Source: Nautiliaceae bacterium | GTDB lineage: Bacteria > Campylobacterota > Campylobacteria > Campylobacterales > Nautiliaceae | Length of the DNA stretch: 45,014 bases | Assembly (NCBI GenBank): GCA_039831155.1 | Contig: JBDONT010000010.1 | Span: forward strand, 1 to 45,014 | Direction of reading: 5' to 3' | Part shown: one piece after another, positions 43,079 to 45,014 of the stretch | Position numbering within the stretch: position 1 is the first letter of the stretch | Layout: each line of letters begins with the position of its first letter | Made by a program: the position numbers and the translations under genes | The notes under the pieces: model-generated | Databases searched by the model: none | Told to the model about the DNA's origin: nothing | Seen by the model: only the letters and a program-made list of their open reading frames with translations

Positions 43079-43109
43079 GCCATTTTTTGTCATCATAAAT
43101 GATTACAAT
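43079..43109 (+). promoter_or_regulatory. Putative WYL-regulator box 2 plus -10 (darT promoter)
   Basis: GCCATTTTTTGTC-ATCATAAATGAT-TACAAT. Confidence 0.7.
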
Positions 43110-43139
43110 TTTATCATAAATTATTGAGAAAGGATGGTC

Positions 43140-43661
43140 ATGGGAAAAATTACTGAATTATTTGTAAAAGAACATTTAGAAAAAAACGGTATCAAAAGTT
43201 TATGGCATTTTACAGATCTCTCAAATTGGGAATCAATTAAAAAATATGGGATTCAGTCATTATTTAGAATAATCAAAGATGATATTAAGGTTTCTCGTTT
43301 CGGTGCAAATGCTTTATCTCATGATTTGGATTATTATAAAGGATTAGACAGATATGTTCATTTGAGTTTTACAGATGACCATCCTATGTATCATATTGCA
43401 AAAAAGGAAAAAAGAATAATAAATCCGATTTGGATAGAAATTGATATAAATGTTTTATTTGATAAAAAAGTATTGGTTTGTAAAGGTGTCGCAAACAAAA
43501 CAAACAGTGTTTTATTAAATTTAGCCGGTGTGTTGAACTTTGATTTTGATAAAATGTTTCATGATGATTTTGAAATAAGAAAAGAAGCAAGAAAAGCGGA
43601 AATACTTATATACGATTGTATTGAGACTAAATATATAAAAGGAGCTTATTATGGCAAGTAG
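43140..43661 (+). CDS. darT: DarT-family (DUF4433) DNA ADP-ribosyltransferase toxin
   Basis: LWHFT..SN..SI..YGI.S, YVHLSF..DHPM, catalytic-type AEILI; ATG 43140 better spaced from AAGGA than 43134. Confidence 0.8.
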   Translation: MGKITELFVKEHLEKNGIKSLWHFTDLSNWESIKKYGIQSLFRIIKDDIKVSRFGANALSHDLDYYKGLDRYVHLSFTDDHPMYHIAKKEKRIINPIWIEIDINVLFDKKVLVCKGVANKTNSVLLNLAGVLNFDFDKMFHDDFEIRKEARKAEILIYDCIETKYIKGAYYGK

Positions 43662-44325
43662 ACCGGCATTTATAGCAACTAAAAATGATAAACTTGTAGA
43701 AATTATAAATGTGGAATTTGAATATTTTACCGGATTTGCCGCTGTTCAAAAAGCAAAAACGAGAGATTCTTTTCATAATGCCATCAGAGAACATGGATAT
43801 GAAAAAATACTTGAAGTTTCTACTAATTCCGATAACGAATTAGGCTGGCAATTAAGCGCTTTTAATTTAATGACGGATTATGATGGAGAGAAAATTCCGC
43901 TTGAATGTGCTTTTCAGGGCAGTAAGGTATTTGAATACGGAGGGCCATATACGGATATATTCAAAAAAACAAACATAGAAGCCAAAAAAGACAAAAGACT
44001 CAAAAATTCCGGTAAAGTTATTAAATTTAGATATGAAGGAAACGAGTGGGAAACCGAACCTCAGACCGCATTTTACGACTGGTTGTATATTTCAACGGTA
44101 TATAAAAATTACCCGCACTTGATAGAAGAACTTGCAAATTATGAAGTTTTTACCGATATAGCCTTTAATCCGAAAAAATCAGTCAACTGCCAGGCAAAGA
44201 GCTGTGCTATTTTGGTATCATTGTATCATATAGGCAAACTTGAAGAGGCTTTGTCTTCAAAAGATAATTTTTTGAGAATTGTTTATGGATATAAAGAAAA
44301 ACCAAAACAGGGGAGTTTGTTTTAA
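43651..44325 (+). CDS. DarT1-associated NADAR-type antitoxin
   Basis: MASRPAFI, ILEVST.S, LSAFNL, ECAFQGSKVF, FYDWLY, FTDI.FNPKKS.NCQA; overlaps darT stop. Confidence 0.8.
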   Translation: MASRPAFIATKNDKLVEIINVEFEYFTGFAAVQKAKTRDSFHNAIREHGYEKILEVSTNSDNELGWQLSAFNLMTDYDGEKIPLECAFQGSKVFEYGGPYTDIFKKTNIEAKKDKRLKNSGKVIKFRYEGNEWETEPQTAFYDWLYISTVYKNYPHLIEELANYEVFTDIAFNPKKSVNCQAKSCAILVSLYHIGKLEEALSSKDNFLRIVYGYKEKPKQGSLF

Positions 44326-44339
44326 AATTCATATAAATT

Positions 44340-44370
44340 GACATTTTTTGTCCTTGGTAACTAATATAAT
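44340..44370 (+). promoter_or_regulatory. Putative WYL-regulator box 3 plus -10
   Basis: GACATTTTTTGTC-CTTGGTAACTAA-TATAAT. Confidence 0.7.
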
Positions 44371-44400
44371 TTTAATATAACAACTTCCAAAGGAGGTCTT

Positions 44401-44739
44401 ATGGGATATTGGTTTGGAGAATTTAGCAATTGCACTTCTTGGAGAAAAACACCTGTTAAGATTGGCAATACCTGGTATACTCCAAGCGGAGAGAGGATAA
44501 GAAATCCTAAAGCTTATTTTACCAAAGTTAGAAGAAACGGCAGATATTGGGAAAATAATACGGGCTGGAAAAAATCCAATAAATTCTGTGAGCGTGAATA
44601 TGATGATTTTGATTATAATTTTGAAAACTATGATAATGAAGATTATGATTACAATGATAATTCATACGAAGAAGAACGCTGGGATTTGCGTGATATTTAC
44701 GGGGATTTTTATGATGATGAGTTTGATGATTATGAGTAA
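44401..44739 (+). CDS. Hypothetical protein: basic Trp-rich N-half, D/E/Y-rich C-half
   Basis: AAGGAGG RBS; 112-aa ORF. Confidence 0.75.
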   Translation: MGYWFGEFSNCTSWRKTPVKIGNTWYTPSGERIRNPKAYFTKVRRNGRYWENNTGWKKSNKFCEREYDDFDYNFENYDNEDYDYNDNSYEEERWDLRDIYGDFYDDEFDDYE

Positions 44740-44809
44740 TACTAAATATGCTGTTTTTAATATTGTGAAAAAAGGAAAAATTTTTATAGATGTTTGATAT
44801 AATTATATA

Positions 44810-44953
44810 AGCCTAGATATTGATGTCTGTGCTGTAATCGGCACAGGTCTATAAAAGTTAACACTTGTCTTCGCAATTTTAAAAGTGAAAGTAAAAAGTG
44901 AAATAGAGTAAGTAAATCTATCATTGCTTCGAATCCTAATGAATATCTAGGCT
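44810..44953 (+). ncRNA. Putative structured ncRNA closed by a 12-bp inverted repeat (retron msr-msd-like)
   Basis: AGCCTAGATATT (44810-44821) / AATATCTAGGCT (44942-44953); internal hairpin CTGTGCTG-TAAT-CGGCACAG; TGaTATAAT at 44795-44803. Confidence 0.55.
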
Positions 44954-44971
44954 GTTTGAAAAAGGGAATAA

Positions 44972-45014
44972 GTGGAAAAGTTATTTAAATATATAAATCT
45001 TTATATTATAAAAA
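44972..45014 (+). CDS. Possible 5' end of a CDS leaving the window (MEKLFKYINLYIIK...)
   Basis: AAAGGG RBS, GTG at 44972, open to the window end. Confidence 0.45.
   Translation, partial: MEKLFKYINLYIIK

Larger units (their letters stand above)
39783..45014. mobile_element. Probable genomic (defence) island starting at the tRNA-Sec 3' end
   Basis: Switch from housekeeping to accessory, defence and decayed genes; short repeats beside the tRNA; no integrase in the window. Confidence 0.55.

Noticed and set aside
44588-44797. 69-aa Met/Ile-rich ORF
   Set aside because: Alternative frame of the GAT/TAT-rich tail of the 112-aa gene; no RBS

Overview
AT-rich chromosomal window. Protein sequences and gene order (rpsB-tsf-ABC-fliR-acidic protein-gmk-argS; rluD-flpA-trmB-ftsE; rpmE-rsmI-rlmB...hom) point to Campylobacterota, probably a Nautiliaceae-like organism (inference). 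Bases 1-39.8 kb are mostly housekeeping genes: ligA, clpS-clpA-aat, luxS, rpsB-tsf, rho-murI and selA-selB-tRNA-Sec. They also hold an ABC/LolA-like/beta-barrel cassette and pseudogenes (yefM-yoeB TA pair, YbiR-type permease). From the tRNA-Sec 3' end onward the DNA looks like a defence island with a WYL regulator, a DarT-NADAR pair and small unknown genes. Three signals stand out and are not visible in the ORF track. (1) A small secreted protein next to selAB/selC ends GGC-TGA-AGC-TAA followed by an E. coli-like SECIS hairpin, so it is a candidate C-terminal Gly-Sec-Ser selenoprotein. (2) Three island promoters share G(A/C)CATTTTTTGTC-N12-TA(T/C)AAT with invariant spacing, suggesting a WYL-activated regulon with PafBC-like geometry. 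(3) A ~144-nt structured non-coding element closed by a perfect 12-bp inverted repeat at the right edge resembles a retron msr-msd RNA. All calls come from reading the sequence; no searches were run.
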